Shown in pieces: positions 18,837 to 27,613 of a stretch of 64,000 nucleotides of DNA (its first letter is position 1; each line of letters begins with the position of its first letter). The stretch is taken from NCBI GenBank assembly GCA_024400125.1, contig JAKSNG010000004.1, forward strand, positions 20,510-84,509, in the 5' to 3' direction. The notes beneath the pieces are model-generated. The model did no database searches. It worked only from the letters and a program-made list of their open reading frames with translations, and had not been told where the DNA came from. This DNA comes from Paludibacteraceae bacterium (lineage in GTDB: Bacteria; Bacteroidota; Bacteroidia; Bacteroidales; Paludibacteraceae). A program made the position numbers and the translations under genes.

Positions 18837-18940
18837 CTAGATGACTAGGAAACTAGATAGCTAGAAAACTAGAATACTAGATAACTAGATGACTAGAATA
18901 CTAGAGAACTAGGGAACTAGAACACTAGATAACTAGAAAA
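18837..18940. repeat. 13 x 8-bp strictly periodic CTAG array (CTAGrnrA)
   Basis: CTAG occurs every 8 bp from 18837 to 18933. The gene-proximal unit forms the minus-strand TAGTTTTG (18832-18839), a TAnnTTTG match 29 nt upstream of the four-helix-bundle ATG. Confidence 0.9.
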
Positions 18941-18987
18941 ACCAGTATTCCAGGGGGACTAGGAATATAGTCCCCCTGAATACCAGC
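18936..18987 (-). terminator. intrinsic terminator of the mutase operon
   Basis: On the minus strand, CTGGTATTCAGGGGGACTA pairs across loop TATTCC with TAGTCCCCCTGGAATACTGG (one bulge), followed by TTTTTC. It begins 8 nt after the mutB stop. Confidence 0.85.
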
Positions 18988-18995
18988 GAATCAAT

Positions 18996-21134
18996 TTATT
19001 GCATCAGCAATTCCATAACGGTTTTGGCACTGCGAGCAACGGAAGTGCCAGGACCAAAAATGGCAGCAACACCAGCCTTATACAGGAAATCATAATCCTG
19101 TGCAGGGATGACACCACCAGCTGTAACCATGATGTCTTCACGACCCAGCTTCTTCAGTTCTGCAATCACTTGCGGAACGAGCGTTTTGTGACCAGCAGCC
19201 AAAGATGATACACCTAATACGTGTACATCGTTCTCTACAGCCTGCTTAGCGGCCTCTGCTGGAGTTTGGAATAGAGGTCCCATATCCACATCGAAACCGC
19301 AATCTGCATAGCCAGTAGCTACGACTTTAGCACCACGGTCGTGTCCGTCTTGACCCATCTTAGCGATCATGATACGAGGTTGACGACCTTCTTTCTTAGC
19401 AAACTCTGCTGTGAGACGCGAAGCTTCTTGGAAGTCAGCGTCATTGTTTGTACCTGCTTTATACACGCCTGAAATAGTTCTAATAGTTGCTTTATAACGT
19501 CCAACGACTTGCTCGCAAGCGTCAGAGATTTCACCTAATGAAGCACGTAGTCCAGCAGCCTTAACTGCGAGAGCGAGAAGGTTTTCACCTTTCTTGCCAT
19601 CAGCCCATGCTTGTACAGCGGCTGTGATTTCTTTGAGAGCAGCCTGCACCGCTTTCTCGTCACGATGAGCACGGAGTTCTGCTAAACGAGCTACTTGCTC
19701 CTCACGAACAGCGGTGTTATCTACTTCGAGGATGTCGATAGGATCTTCGTGGTCAAGACGATACTCGTTGACACCGATAATCTTTTGTGAACCAGAGTCA
19801 ATACGTGCTTGAGTACGAGCAGCAGCCTCCTCAATACGCATCTTTGGAATACCAGTTTCGATAGCAGCAGCCATACCTCCGAGTTTCTCAATCTCTTGAA
19901 TATGCGCCCAAGCCTTGTCCATAATTTCCTTAGTCAGAGTTTCTACATAGTATGAACCTGCCCATGGGTCAATCTGTTTGCAGACTTTCGTTTCCTCTTG
20001 GATATAGATTTGCGTATTACGAGCAATACGTGCAGAGAAGTCTGTTGGCAAAGCAATAGCTTCGTCCAAAGCGTTAGTGTGCAGAGACTGAGTGTGTCCC
20101 AAAGCTGCACCCATAGCCTCGATACAAGTACGACCTACGTTGTTGTAAGGATCTTGCTCGGTCAGAGACCAACCAGAAGTTTGGCAGTGAGTACGGAGAG
20201 CCATAGACTTAGGATTCTTAGCGCCGAAGGACTTCACAATCTTAGCCCACAACATACGACCAGCACGCATCTTAGCAATTTCCATGAAGTGATTCATACC
20301 AATTGCCCAGAAGAATGACAGACGTGGAGCAAACGTATCTACAGACATACCTGCATTAACACCAGCACGGAGATACTCCATACCATCAGCCAACGTATAA
20401 GCCAACTCAATGTCAGCGGTAGCACCTGCCTCCTGCATGTGGTAACCAGAGATAGAGATAGAGTTGAACTTAGGCATGTTCTGAGAAGTATATTCGAAGA
20501 TATCAGCGATAATCTTCATGGAGAACTTAGGAGGATAGATGTACGTATTACGCACCATAAACTCTTTAAGGATATCGTTTTGAATAGTACCAGCCATCTC
20601 TTCGAGTTTAGCACCTTGTTCTAAACCTGCATTGATATAGAACGCAAGAATAGGCAACACAGCACCGTTCATAGTCATAGAGACAGACATCTTATTCAAA
20701 GGAATACCTGCAAAGAGGACTTTCATGTCTTCGAGCGAGCAGATAGAAACACCTGCTTTTCCGACGTCACCAACAACGCGCATGTTGTCGGCATTGTATC
20801 CACGGTGAGTAGGCAGGTCGAAAGCAACAGACAGACCTTTTTGACCAGAAGCGAGGTTACGGCGATAGAACGCGTTAGACTCAGCAGCGGTCGAGAAACC
20901 TGCGTATTGACGAATAGTCCAAGGACGCATTGGATACATTCCGCTGTACGGGCCACGCAAGAATGGTGGCAAACCTGCGGCATAATTGAGATGCTCCATA
21001 CCTTGGAGGTCTTCTTTGGTATAAACTGGTTTAACGTCAATGAGTTCAGGCGTTTTCCAGTTAGCTTCATTGGCTCCTTCTACATGAGAAGCAGCAACTT
21101 TCTTAATATCGATATTTTTGAAATTAGGCTTCAT
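18996..21134 (-). CDS. mutB: methylmalonyl-CoA mutase large (catalytic, B12-binding) subunit
   Basis: 712 aa, with [14 protein letters not shown] and the cobalamin-binding DxHxxG motif (GQDGHDRG). Confidence 0.95.
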   Translation of the reverse strand: MKPNFKNIDIKKVAASHVEGANEANWKTPELIDVKPVYTKEDLQGMEHLNYAAGLPPFLRGPYSGMYPMRPWTIRQYAGFSTAAESNAFYRRNLASGQKGLSVAFDLPTHRGYNADNMRVVGDVGKAGVSICSLEDMKVLFAGIPLNKMSVSMTMNGAVLPILAFYINAGLEQGAKLEEMAGTIQNDILKEFMVRNTYIYPPKFSMKIIADIFEYTSQNMPKFNSISISGYHMQEAGATADIELAYTLADGMEYLRAGVNAGMSVDTFAPRLSFFWAIGMNHFMEIAKMRAGRMLWAKIVKSFGAKNPKSMALRTHCQTSGWSLTEQDPYNNVGRTCIEAMGAALGHTQSLHTNALDEAIALPTDFSARIARNTQIYIQEETKVCKQIDPWAGSYYVETLTKEIMDKAWAHIQEIEKLGGMAAAIETGIPKMRIEEAAARTQARIDSGSQKIIGVNEYRLDHEDPIDILEVDNTAVREEQVARLAELRAHRDEKAVQAALKEITAAVQAWADGKKGENLLALAVKAAGLRASLGEISDACEQVVGRYKATIRTISGVYKAGTNNDADFQEASRLTAEFAKKEGRQPRIMIAKMGQDGHDRGAKVVATGYADCGFDVDMGPLFQTPAEAAKQAVENDVHVLGVSSLAAGHKTLVPQVIAELKKLGREDIMVTAGGVIPAQDYDFLYKAGVAAIFGPGTSVARSAKTVMELLMQ

Positions 21135-21142
21135 AGTAGTAT

Positions 21143-23032
21143 TTATTTATTGAGGAGTTGTTGATTAAACGATTTGAGTGTATCAAGCACATTGCAACGA
21201 ACGTGGATGAAGTTTTGGATACCCAGTTTCTGCAAGTCTTCCATGCAAGCAGGAGCTCCAGCAACGATGAACATTTCCTTAGCGTCTTGCAAATCAAGCC
21301 ATGCTTGAGGAGCGAAAGTAGCATATTCATCATCAGAAGAACAGAGCACGATGATGTCAGCTTTAGCTCTACGAGCAGCTTTGATACCGTCTTTAACAGA
21401 CTTGAAGCCGTTGTTGTCAATCACTTTGTATCCAGCGCAAGCGAGGAAGTTGCAACTAAATTGTGCACGTGCGATACGCATAGCGAGGTTACCAATAGTG
21501 AGCATGAAAGCAACTGGCTGTTTCTTTGCACCCTCAGTCTCCAGACGGAGTGTTTCGAATTCTTCTGCAGCACGAGCAACAGGAAGGGTCTTGATTTCGT
21601 TTGCAGCAGGAGCATTGCAGCAAGCTTTGCCAGCACAGCATTGATTAGCCTTAATCTTCTTAGCAGCTTTCTCATTGAAGTTAGGGAATTGGTTAGAGCC
21701 CAGCAACACTTCTTTGCGTTTAGCTACATCAGCAAGACGAGTCTTCAAGTTAGCAGCCACAGCGTCTTGTACTTTACCAGCCTTAATCATTTCGAATAAA
21801 CCACCCTCTTCTTGGATAGCGAGGAACTGTTTCCATGCTTCAGCTGCGATGGATGCAGTGAGGTTCTCCAAATAATAAGAACCCGCAGCAGGGTCAACAA
21901 CTTTGTCGAAGTGAGCTTCCTCTTTAAGAAGGAGTTGTTGATTACGAGCAATACGTTCTGCGAAGTCTGTAGGTTGTTCGTAAGTAACATCGAACGGAGT
22001 AACCACAATCTCATCAACACCAGCCAAAGCTGCAGACATAGTCTCAGTCTGACTACGAAGCAGGTTCACATAAGCGTCAAAGACAGTCATGTTAAAGCGA
22101 GAAGTAGTTGCACTAACGTTCATCTTAGCAGCGTTCTTGAGAGCTGTAGTGAAGATAGGAGCTTTATAAGCCTCCACAATCTTAGCCCACAACAGACGAG
22201 CTGCACGGAACTTAGCAATTTCCATGAAATAGTTACCACCGATACCCATATTGAAACGGATGTCACGAGCAGCGAGGTAGTTAGGAACACCAGCCTCAGT
22301 CATCATAGTCATATACTCAGCGCCCCACGCGAGTGCGTACGCGAGCTCTTGCGCGCAATACGCGCCCGAATTATTAAGGATAATGGAGTTAACACCTACA
22401 ACGCGGTAGTTAACAAGCGTTTTAGCTGCATTGACAGTAGCTACCAGACGCTCTGCAACTTCTTCACGGCTCAAGTTTTTGCCCTTGAGAAGCATTTGCT
22501 TCATTGGATCCACATTGATTGATCCATAAACAGCTTTGAAATCGTAACCACAACGTCCGTAGTAACGAACAAGGATGTTAGCCAATTCGGGAGCTTTGCA
22601 TGGACAAATGTTGAAGTTGATAGCAATAGCGCGTGCGTCAATACCATTCAGCAATACCTTGATAAAGTGGTAGTTGAGTTTGTCTGCATCGAGGCAGAAA
22701 CCAAGTGAAGTAATACCTTTGTTGAGTACTTCGAGTGCTTTTTTGTTAGCTTTGCGTGCATTCTCGCAAGCGCAGATGTTTTGACGAATAGCCCACTCGT
22801 TGTTCTCTTTTGTTCCGCGCACGTAAGGGAATTGACCCGGTGCAGAAACAGTAGTTTTAAGACCTTTGAGATCTTCCTGACGATAGAAAGGCTGTACATT
22901 AAAGCCTTCCGGAGTGCGCCAAACGAGTTTTTTCTCGTAGTCGGCGCCTTTCAAGTCGGTGACAATCTTATCTTTCCACTCTTTGGTAGAAATCTTCGGG
23001 AAGTCAGCCAACATGTTCAGTTTTTCTTCCAT
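21143..23032 (-). CDS. mutA: methylmalonyl-CoA mutase small subunit
   Basis: A 629-aa paralog of the large subunit ([15 protein letters not shown]), directly upstream of mutB. Confidence 0.9.
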   Translation of the reverse strand: MEEKLNMLADFPKISTKEWKDKIVTDLKGADYEKKLVWRTPEGFNVQPFYRQEDLKGLKTTVSAPGQFPYVRGTKENNEWAIRQNICACENARKANKKALEVLNKGITSLGFCLDADKLNYHFIKVLLNGIDARAIAINFNICPCKAPELANILVRYYGRCGYDFKAVYGSINVDPMKQMLLKGKNLSREEVAERLVATVNAAKTLVNYRVVGVNSIILNNSGAYCAQELAYALAWGAEYMTMMTEAGVPNYLAARDIRFNMGIGGNYFMEIAKFRAARLLWAKIVEAYKAPIFTTALKNAAKMNVSATTSRFNMTVFDAYVNLLRSQTETMSAALAGVDEIVVTPFDVTYEQPTDFAERIARNQQLLLKEEAHFDKVVDPAAGSYYLENLTASIAAEAWKQFLAIQEEGGLFEMIKAGKVQDAVAANLKTRLADVAKRKEVLLGSNQFPNFNEKAAKKIKANQCCAGKACCNAPAANEIKTLPVARAAEEFETLRLETEGAKKQPVAFMLTIGNLAMRIARAQFSCNFLACAGYKVIDNNGFKSVKDGIKAARRAKADIIVLCSSDDEYATFAPQAWLDLQDAKEMFIVAGAPACMEDLQKLGIQNFIHVRCNVLDTLKSFNQQLLNK

Positions 23033-23046
23033 GATGAATTTTAATT

Positions 23047-23088
23047 ATTTGTTATTTGTGATTTAATATTTGTGATTTGTTATTTTGC
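23047..23088. repeat. 6 x 7-bp tandem array ATTTGTK in the yqeY-mutA spacer
   Basis: ATTTG/ATTTA/ATTTT starts at 23047, 23054, 23061, 23068, 23075 and 23082. Confidence 0.8.
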
Positions 23089-23547
23089 TAACAGTTCTTT
23101 CACTTTTGCAGAAATCATACGTCCTTCTGCTTTGCCTGCGAGGGCTTTAGTTGCAGTGCCCATCACTTTGCCCATGTCTTGTGGTCCAGTAGCACCAACT
23201 TGTGCAATGATGGTTTTCAGAGCAGCCTCTAATTCTGCTTCGGACATCATTGCCGGCAGATATTGCTCAATGACATGACATTGTGCTAACTCTTCATTTG
23301 CTAATTCTTGACGACCAGCGGAGACATACATCTCGGCTGATTCTTTGCGTTGTTTAACCAATTTTTGTAAGATTTGTAATGCCTTGTCATCGCGGAGTTC
23401 GCCGTCTGCATCTAAGTTGGCTCCACCGGGAGCGGTTTTAGCTTCGAGAAACTCTTTCTTGATACCACGTAGTGCATCAAGTGCGACCTTATCTTTAGCG
23501 AGCATCGCGCGTTTGATATCCTCGCTGATTGTTACGAATAGTGCCAT
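23080..23547 (-). CDS. yqeY: GatB/YqeY domain protein
   Basis: A 155-aa helical protein, MALFVTISEDIKRAMLAKDKVALDALRGIK..., typical of YqeY. Confidence 0.85.
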   Translation of the reverse strand: MALFVTISEDIKRAMLAKDKVALDALRGIKKEFLEAKTAPGGANLDADGELRDDKALQILQKLVKQRKESAEMYVSAGRQELANEELAQCHVIEQYLPAMMSEAELEAALKTIIAQVGATGPQDMGKVMGTATKALAGKAEGRMISAKVKELLAK

Positions 23548-23553
23548 AATATA

Positions 23554-24567
23554 TTATTTTATACGTTGACCTAATGTGTTATACTCTACTCCATCTATGT
23601 CAATTACGATTTGACCATTGACCATTTTCTTTGTGATAGTTGGAGCCTGCGCCTCGATATTCTCGTACGCAGTAGTTTTGCCCCATGGAGTATGTTTCTT
23701 ATTTCCCCAAATATACTCGACTAAATCAGGGAAGTCGATGTATGGATTACGGTTGTGTTGGAAATCAGAAACGGCATCTGCACGTTTCAGTTCCTTCTCG
23801 GAGACGGGGTCCTGACGATGCCAAGCTAACAGCACTTCAATTTCCCAATCTTGGAACTCTAAGTAGTTGTTATTCTGCATAGCGTAATAAGAGCCTACGT
23901 CCTTATTGTCTAAACGCCAACCTGTTGTTTTTTTCTTTCCAGCGGGTGGTAAATCGGGATAATTGCCGTTGATGTCACGACCATAGCATGTTGCCATATA
24001 GAAGTAAGCACGTGCAAAATCGCCCTTGTATTCGTCTTTCGGCTCAAACACCCAGTGGTCACCTAAAGTAGCGTGTGTGCGTTTGCCTACTGTTAGAGAG
24101 CCCGTTACGGATTTATCTTTGATATCTTTAGTTGGAACTCCCAATGGATAATTAGAACGAGAACTATTGGCAGTGGAATTAGATGGATTCAAATGATAGC
24201 AGTCTTTATAGGCATCATTTTCCGAGCCTCCCCACCAAGACTTAGCAAACGAGTGCTCAATATTGCAGCCGCTTACTACGCTACCTGGAGAAGTAAACTT
24301 CTTCCAGTTGTCGCAGTACATGTCCATACAATAGCCTTCTTCGTTACGGTCGGAATAGTAGAAAACTTCCCATGTACTATTACTGCCATTTCCATACGGG
24401 ATAGCAGTGCGACTACGAATGACCGATTTGAGAGTGCCTTTAAGAATGGAATCCGCCTTGCCCTCAATAGGGTCATAGTAGCCAGGTTGAATAGGCTCCG
24501 CATTGGCTGTTAGGGAAAATCCAGCAGCAAGTGATGTTAGGATGCAGAAAATAAATAGTTTACGCAT
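23554..24567 (-). CDS. secreted endonuclease I family nuclease, paralog 1 of 4, with short NGQ...YN..GQRIK tail
   Basis: Signal peptide. Endonuclease_1 motifs NIEHSFAKSWWGG, HLNPSNSTANSSRSNYPLG, FEPKDEYKGDFARAYFYM, WHRQDPVSEKE, NRNPYIDFP. Confidence 0.85.
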   Translation of the reverse strand: MRKLFIFCILTSLAAGFSLTANAEPIQPGYYDPIEGKADSILKGTLKSVIRSRTAIPYGNGSNSTWEVFYYSDRNEEGYCMDMYCDNWKKFTSPGSVVSGCNIEHSFAKSWWGGSENDAYKDCYHLNPSNSTANSSRSNYPLGVPTKDIKDKSVTGSLTVGKRTHATLGDHWVFEPKDEYKGDFARAYFYMATCYGRDINGNYPDLPPAGKKKTTGWRLDNKDVGSYYAMQNNNYLEFQDWEIEVLLAWHRQDPVSEKELKRADAVSDFQHNRNPYIDFPDLVEYIWGNKKHTPWGKTTAYENIEAQAPTITKKMVNGQIVIDIDGVEYNTLGQRIK

Positions 24568-24575
24568 GATATGAT

Positions 24576-25535
24576 TTATTTAATTCGTTGACCTAAAGTA
24601 TTATACGCTACTCCGTCTATCTCAATGACGATTTGTCCATTGACCATCTTCTTTGTATAGAGAGATTGATTGGTAGCGGACACTTCATCCAAAGCGGCAG
24701 AAGAGCATTGATACGTTACATTCGTTTTATTTCCCCATATATACTCTACCAAGTCTGGTTCGTCCACAAAAGGATTGCGATTGCCCTGCTTATTCTCTAC
24801 ACGATTGTTGCGGTCTTTTTCACGATCTGAGACGGGGTCATTACGATGCCATTTTAGCAATAAATCCTTAGCTTTAGACGTTAAATTGCACATAGAGCTA
24901 TTCCAAGTGAACATACGGTAACCTTTGCCTCCTTCATTAAACTTTTTATCCATATAGCAAGTGAGCATATAGAAGTAGATTCGAGCGATATCGCCTTTTA
25001 CGTCATCAGCAGGCTCAAATATCACCTCATTTGATGATAAACTTCCGTATGTACCACCGGTACCTGCTTTAGACTTACCGTTTGTCCAAGTGACGGAAGC
25101 AGGCTCACCGTACGCCCATGCAGAACGCGTAGTATTGGCTACGAAGTCTGTTGGAATGATGTGGTGTAAGTCTGTGTACATCGGTTCATCTTGCGAACCT
25201 CCCCAAAATGATTTAGGAAGTGCATGTTCACGATTGTAGCAGCCACATTCATCTTTAGGGAATTCTTCATAGCCACAATAATCATTTCTACCAAACGAGC
25301 AATTAGAATACATATCAACAACCTTATTATTGACGATATCTACGTTAGCATTGTCGGCACGAACAGCACTATATGATAATACATAGTGATCACTAATAAG
25401 TTCGTGTAGTTTGGTACGAATAGCACTTCCTTTTAGTCCATTAAGTTGTTCGTACTGGCACCCGGCTTGTGCAGAGAATGATACTAATACTAAACTGAGT
25501 AATAGAACAGATGTTTGAATGGTGTGTTTTGCCAT
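24576..25535 (-). CDS. secreted endonuclease I family nuclease, paralog 2 of 4
   Basis: Signal peptide with a possible lipobox (SAQAGC). Motifs YNREHALPKSFWGG, DLHHIIPTD, FEPADDVKGDIARIYFYM, NRNPFVDEP, and the same C-terminal tail. Confidence 0.85.
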   Translation of the reverse strand: MAKHTIQTSVLLLSLVLVSFSAQAGCQYEQLNGLKGSAIRTKLHELISDHYVLSYSAVRADNANVDIVNNKVVDMYSNCSFGRNDYCGYEEFPKDECGCYNREHALPKSFWGGSQDEPMYTDLHHIIPTDFVANTTRSAWAYGEPASVTWTNGKSKAGTGGTYGSLSSNEVIFEPADDVKGDIARIYFYMLTCYMDKKFNEGGKGYRMFTWNSSMCNLTSKAKDLLLKWHRNDPVSDREKDRNNRVENKQGNRNPFVDEPDLVEYIWGNKTNVTYQCSSAALDEVSATNQSLYTKKMVNGQIVIEIDGVAYNTLGQRIK

Positions 25536-25555
25536 ATTTGTAAGTGTTTTGAGGA

Positions 25556-27595
25556 TTATTTGATTCGTTGACCAAAGGCGTTATACTCTACTCCATCTAC
25601 TATAATGATGAGTTGACCATTTTTGATGGTTTTGGTGCAGAGTGTTGGAGCTGTGGATGTTTGCATTAGGTACACGGTAGTTATAACTTCGCATGTAGTA
25701 TAGGCTTCGTAAGAAGTTTTTTGACCTGCCGAAGTAACAGTGATAGTTCCTAATCCTGGTCCATTTTGCGTAGTAGTGGTTGAACTCGTGAATTTTAGTG
25801 CACTCGTACCAGAGAGGGAGGTGGATTTAGTCCACGTGTAATCAGCCATATTCTTATCTTTCGCTGATAAAGAACCTATGGTCTGCTCATTAGCAGTAAT
25901 CTCAACGGTATTATATTGTGCACCTCCGTACGTACGCATATTGATGGTGATAGATTCCAAGCCAGACAAATCTATTTCAGGAGAAGTAATTGCTTTATCA
26001 GCAGATAGCACGCAATAACTTGAGCCACTGCCACCTGCAGATGCAGTACATGTCCAGCCATTGGCATTAGGAGAAGTAGAACTCCAGGTCAGTGTGCTCG
26101 GCGTTTCGGAAGTGACAATTACCTCGTGTGCAAAGACAGCGTAGAAGATACTATTTCCTGTGATAGCGGGGAATTCTGCCACTTTGGTGTATAAAGTAGG
26201 CTTTTCGTCCGTAGGTTCAGGAAGAGCAGTCAATGACCATCCCACAAAAGTCTCTGACGTTGCAAAACATGACTGTGTTGGTGCGGTAGGTATAGTTTGA
26301 ATTTTTCCTCCTAAGACAACAGATGTAGTAGGATTACCAGCCGTGTAGTCTTTGCCATTAACAATCCAGCGGATTTCACATTCTGTTGCACACGCACCAG
26401 TCAACGGAATAGTTAACGATTGTGCGCCATTGCTAGAAATAGTGAGTGTTGCATTATGTACGGCTTCATTGAGAGGTTTATAGGTGACCGATACGGTATG
26501 AGCTCCATTGGCAGATGATGCCGAATAAGAAGAAGGAGATACTTGGAAAGAAGTAGCATCCGCACCGCTGATAGCCAATGTAATACCAGAAGTCAAGTTA
26601 AAGCCTGTAAATGACAGATTAAGCGATGATTGATTGCCCAATGTCATCGTTGGGAAGGTTAACGATTGAGTCGTGGTGTAGATATATGGTTCTGTAGATT
26701 CCAAGTGTCCATCACTCACATCAACGATGAAACGGCTATCTTCTGAAGAAATAAGTTGCGAAAAGTCCAATTTTGTGGTAGATTCTTTGCCCCAGATATA
26801 TTCCACTAAATATGGATAATCGACAAATGGGTTACGGTTCTTTTGCACTTTATAGACTGCATTGTTGCGGTCTATTTCCTTTTGTGAAACAGGATCTTGA
26901 CGGTGCCATTTGAGCATCAGATTAACAGCAAAGTCTGTAAAATCGGCTTGTCCGCCACTATATGTAAATACTTTTGCGCCTTCGCTATTCTTAGTAAAAT
27001 CTTTATCCATATAACGCGTCATCATATAGAAATAGATACGCGCGATGTCACCTTTGTATTGGTTATCGGGTTCATAAACTGTACCGACAGAATAGCCTCC
27101 GAAAGTATTCTTTCCCATCGACCCCAAGCCATGATGATCAGGGTCTTTTCCGGACTTGAGTCCTAATCCAGTTTCTGCATTTTCGCCATACGGATAGTTA
27201 GAACGTGTACCGTTGACACAAGCATCAGTAGGAAGCACATGGAATAAATCCGACTTCATAGGAGAAGCTTCGCCAAACCAAGATTGTGGAATAGTATGCT
27301 CTTTATTCCACGCATCACATACTCCATTCTGTGCACCATTGGCATCTGCCATAGTGAATTGACATGTTGAATAAATATCCCATACATAGCCATTTTTGAA
27401 ATCAATGGCCTCGTAATAATTCTCTAAGCTCTTATAACCAATCACAGTATGGTTGTCCAACTTAGAATGTAGAGCAGAGCGAATGGCGCTACCCGTTTTC
27501 TGATTAGCAGATGAATAGTAATCTGTGGGAATTTGCGCCGCACATAATGTGACGACGCACCAACTAATCAATAGTGCAAAGGTTGTTTTACGCAT
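25556..27595 (-). CDS. secreted endonuclease I family nuclease, paralog 3 of 4, with ~350-aa beta-rich extension
   Basis: The nuclease motifs WNKEHTIPQSWFG, DLFHVLPTD, YEPDNQYKGDIARIYFYM lie in aa 1-290. An Ig-like segment and a Listeria/Bacteroides-repeat-like segment (ETFVGWS) follow, then the same tail. Confidence 0.85.
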   Translation of the reverse strand: MRKTTFALLISWCVVTLCAAQIPTDYYSSANQKTGSAIRSALHSKLDNHTVIGYKSLENYYEAIDFKNGYVWDIYSTCQFTMADANGAQNGVCDAWNKEHTIPQSWFGEASPMKSDLFHVLPTDACVNGTRSNYPYGENAETGLGLKSGKDPDHHGLGSMGKNTFGGYSVGTVYEPDNQYKGDIARIYFYMMTRYMDKDFTKNSEGAKVFTYSGGQADFTDFAVNLMLKWHRQDPVSQKEIDRNNAVYKVQKNRNPFVDYPYLVEYIWGKESTTKLDFSQLISSEDSRFIVDVSDGHLESTEPYIYTTTQSLTFPTMTLGNQSSLNLSFTGFNLTSGITLAISGADATSFQVSPSSYSASSANGAHTVSVTYKPLNEAVHNATLTISSNGAQSLTIPLTGACATECEIRWIVNGKDYTAGNPTTSVVLGGKIQTIPTAPTQSCFATSETFVGWSLTALPEPTDEKPTLYTKVAEFPAITGNSIFYAVFAHEVIVTSETPSTLTWSSTSPNANGWTCTASAGGSGSSYCVLSADKAITSPEIDLSGLESITINMRTYGGAQYNTVEITANEQTIGSLSAKDKNMADYTWTKSTSLSGTSALKFTSSTTTTQNGPGLGTITVTSAGQKTSYEAYTTCEVITTVYLMQTSTAPTLCTKTIKNGQLIIIVDGVEYNAFGQRIK

Positions 27596-27613
27596 TATAT
27601 AGATGATTTAAGG

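Noticed and set aside
18837-18940. Could the periodic CTAG array be a CRISPR array?
   Set aside because: The units are only 8 bp with no unique spacers, and there are no cas genes in the window. It is a microsatellite-like array, not a CRISPR.
21158-22522. Plus-strand ORFs of 213 and 236 aa antisense to mutA.
   Set aside because: They are embedded in the mutase small-subunit gene, and no motifs were seen. The same reasoning applies to antisense or alternate-frame ORFs inside lon (9228-9789), mmdA (12354-12872), lpdA (3342-3758), dnaA (50414-50881), the M23 gene (45937-46413) and the giant gene (for example 39285-39680).
23708-23715. A minus-strand TATATTTG (TAnnTTTG match) inside nuclease paralog 1, about 160 nt upstream of yqeY. 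It could be an internal promoter for yqeY-mutAB.
   Set aside because: It is generated by the conserved E-Y-I-W codons of the nuclease motif and has no matching -33 element that I could see. I kept it only as a caveat to the long-operon idea.
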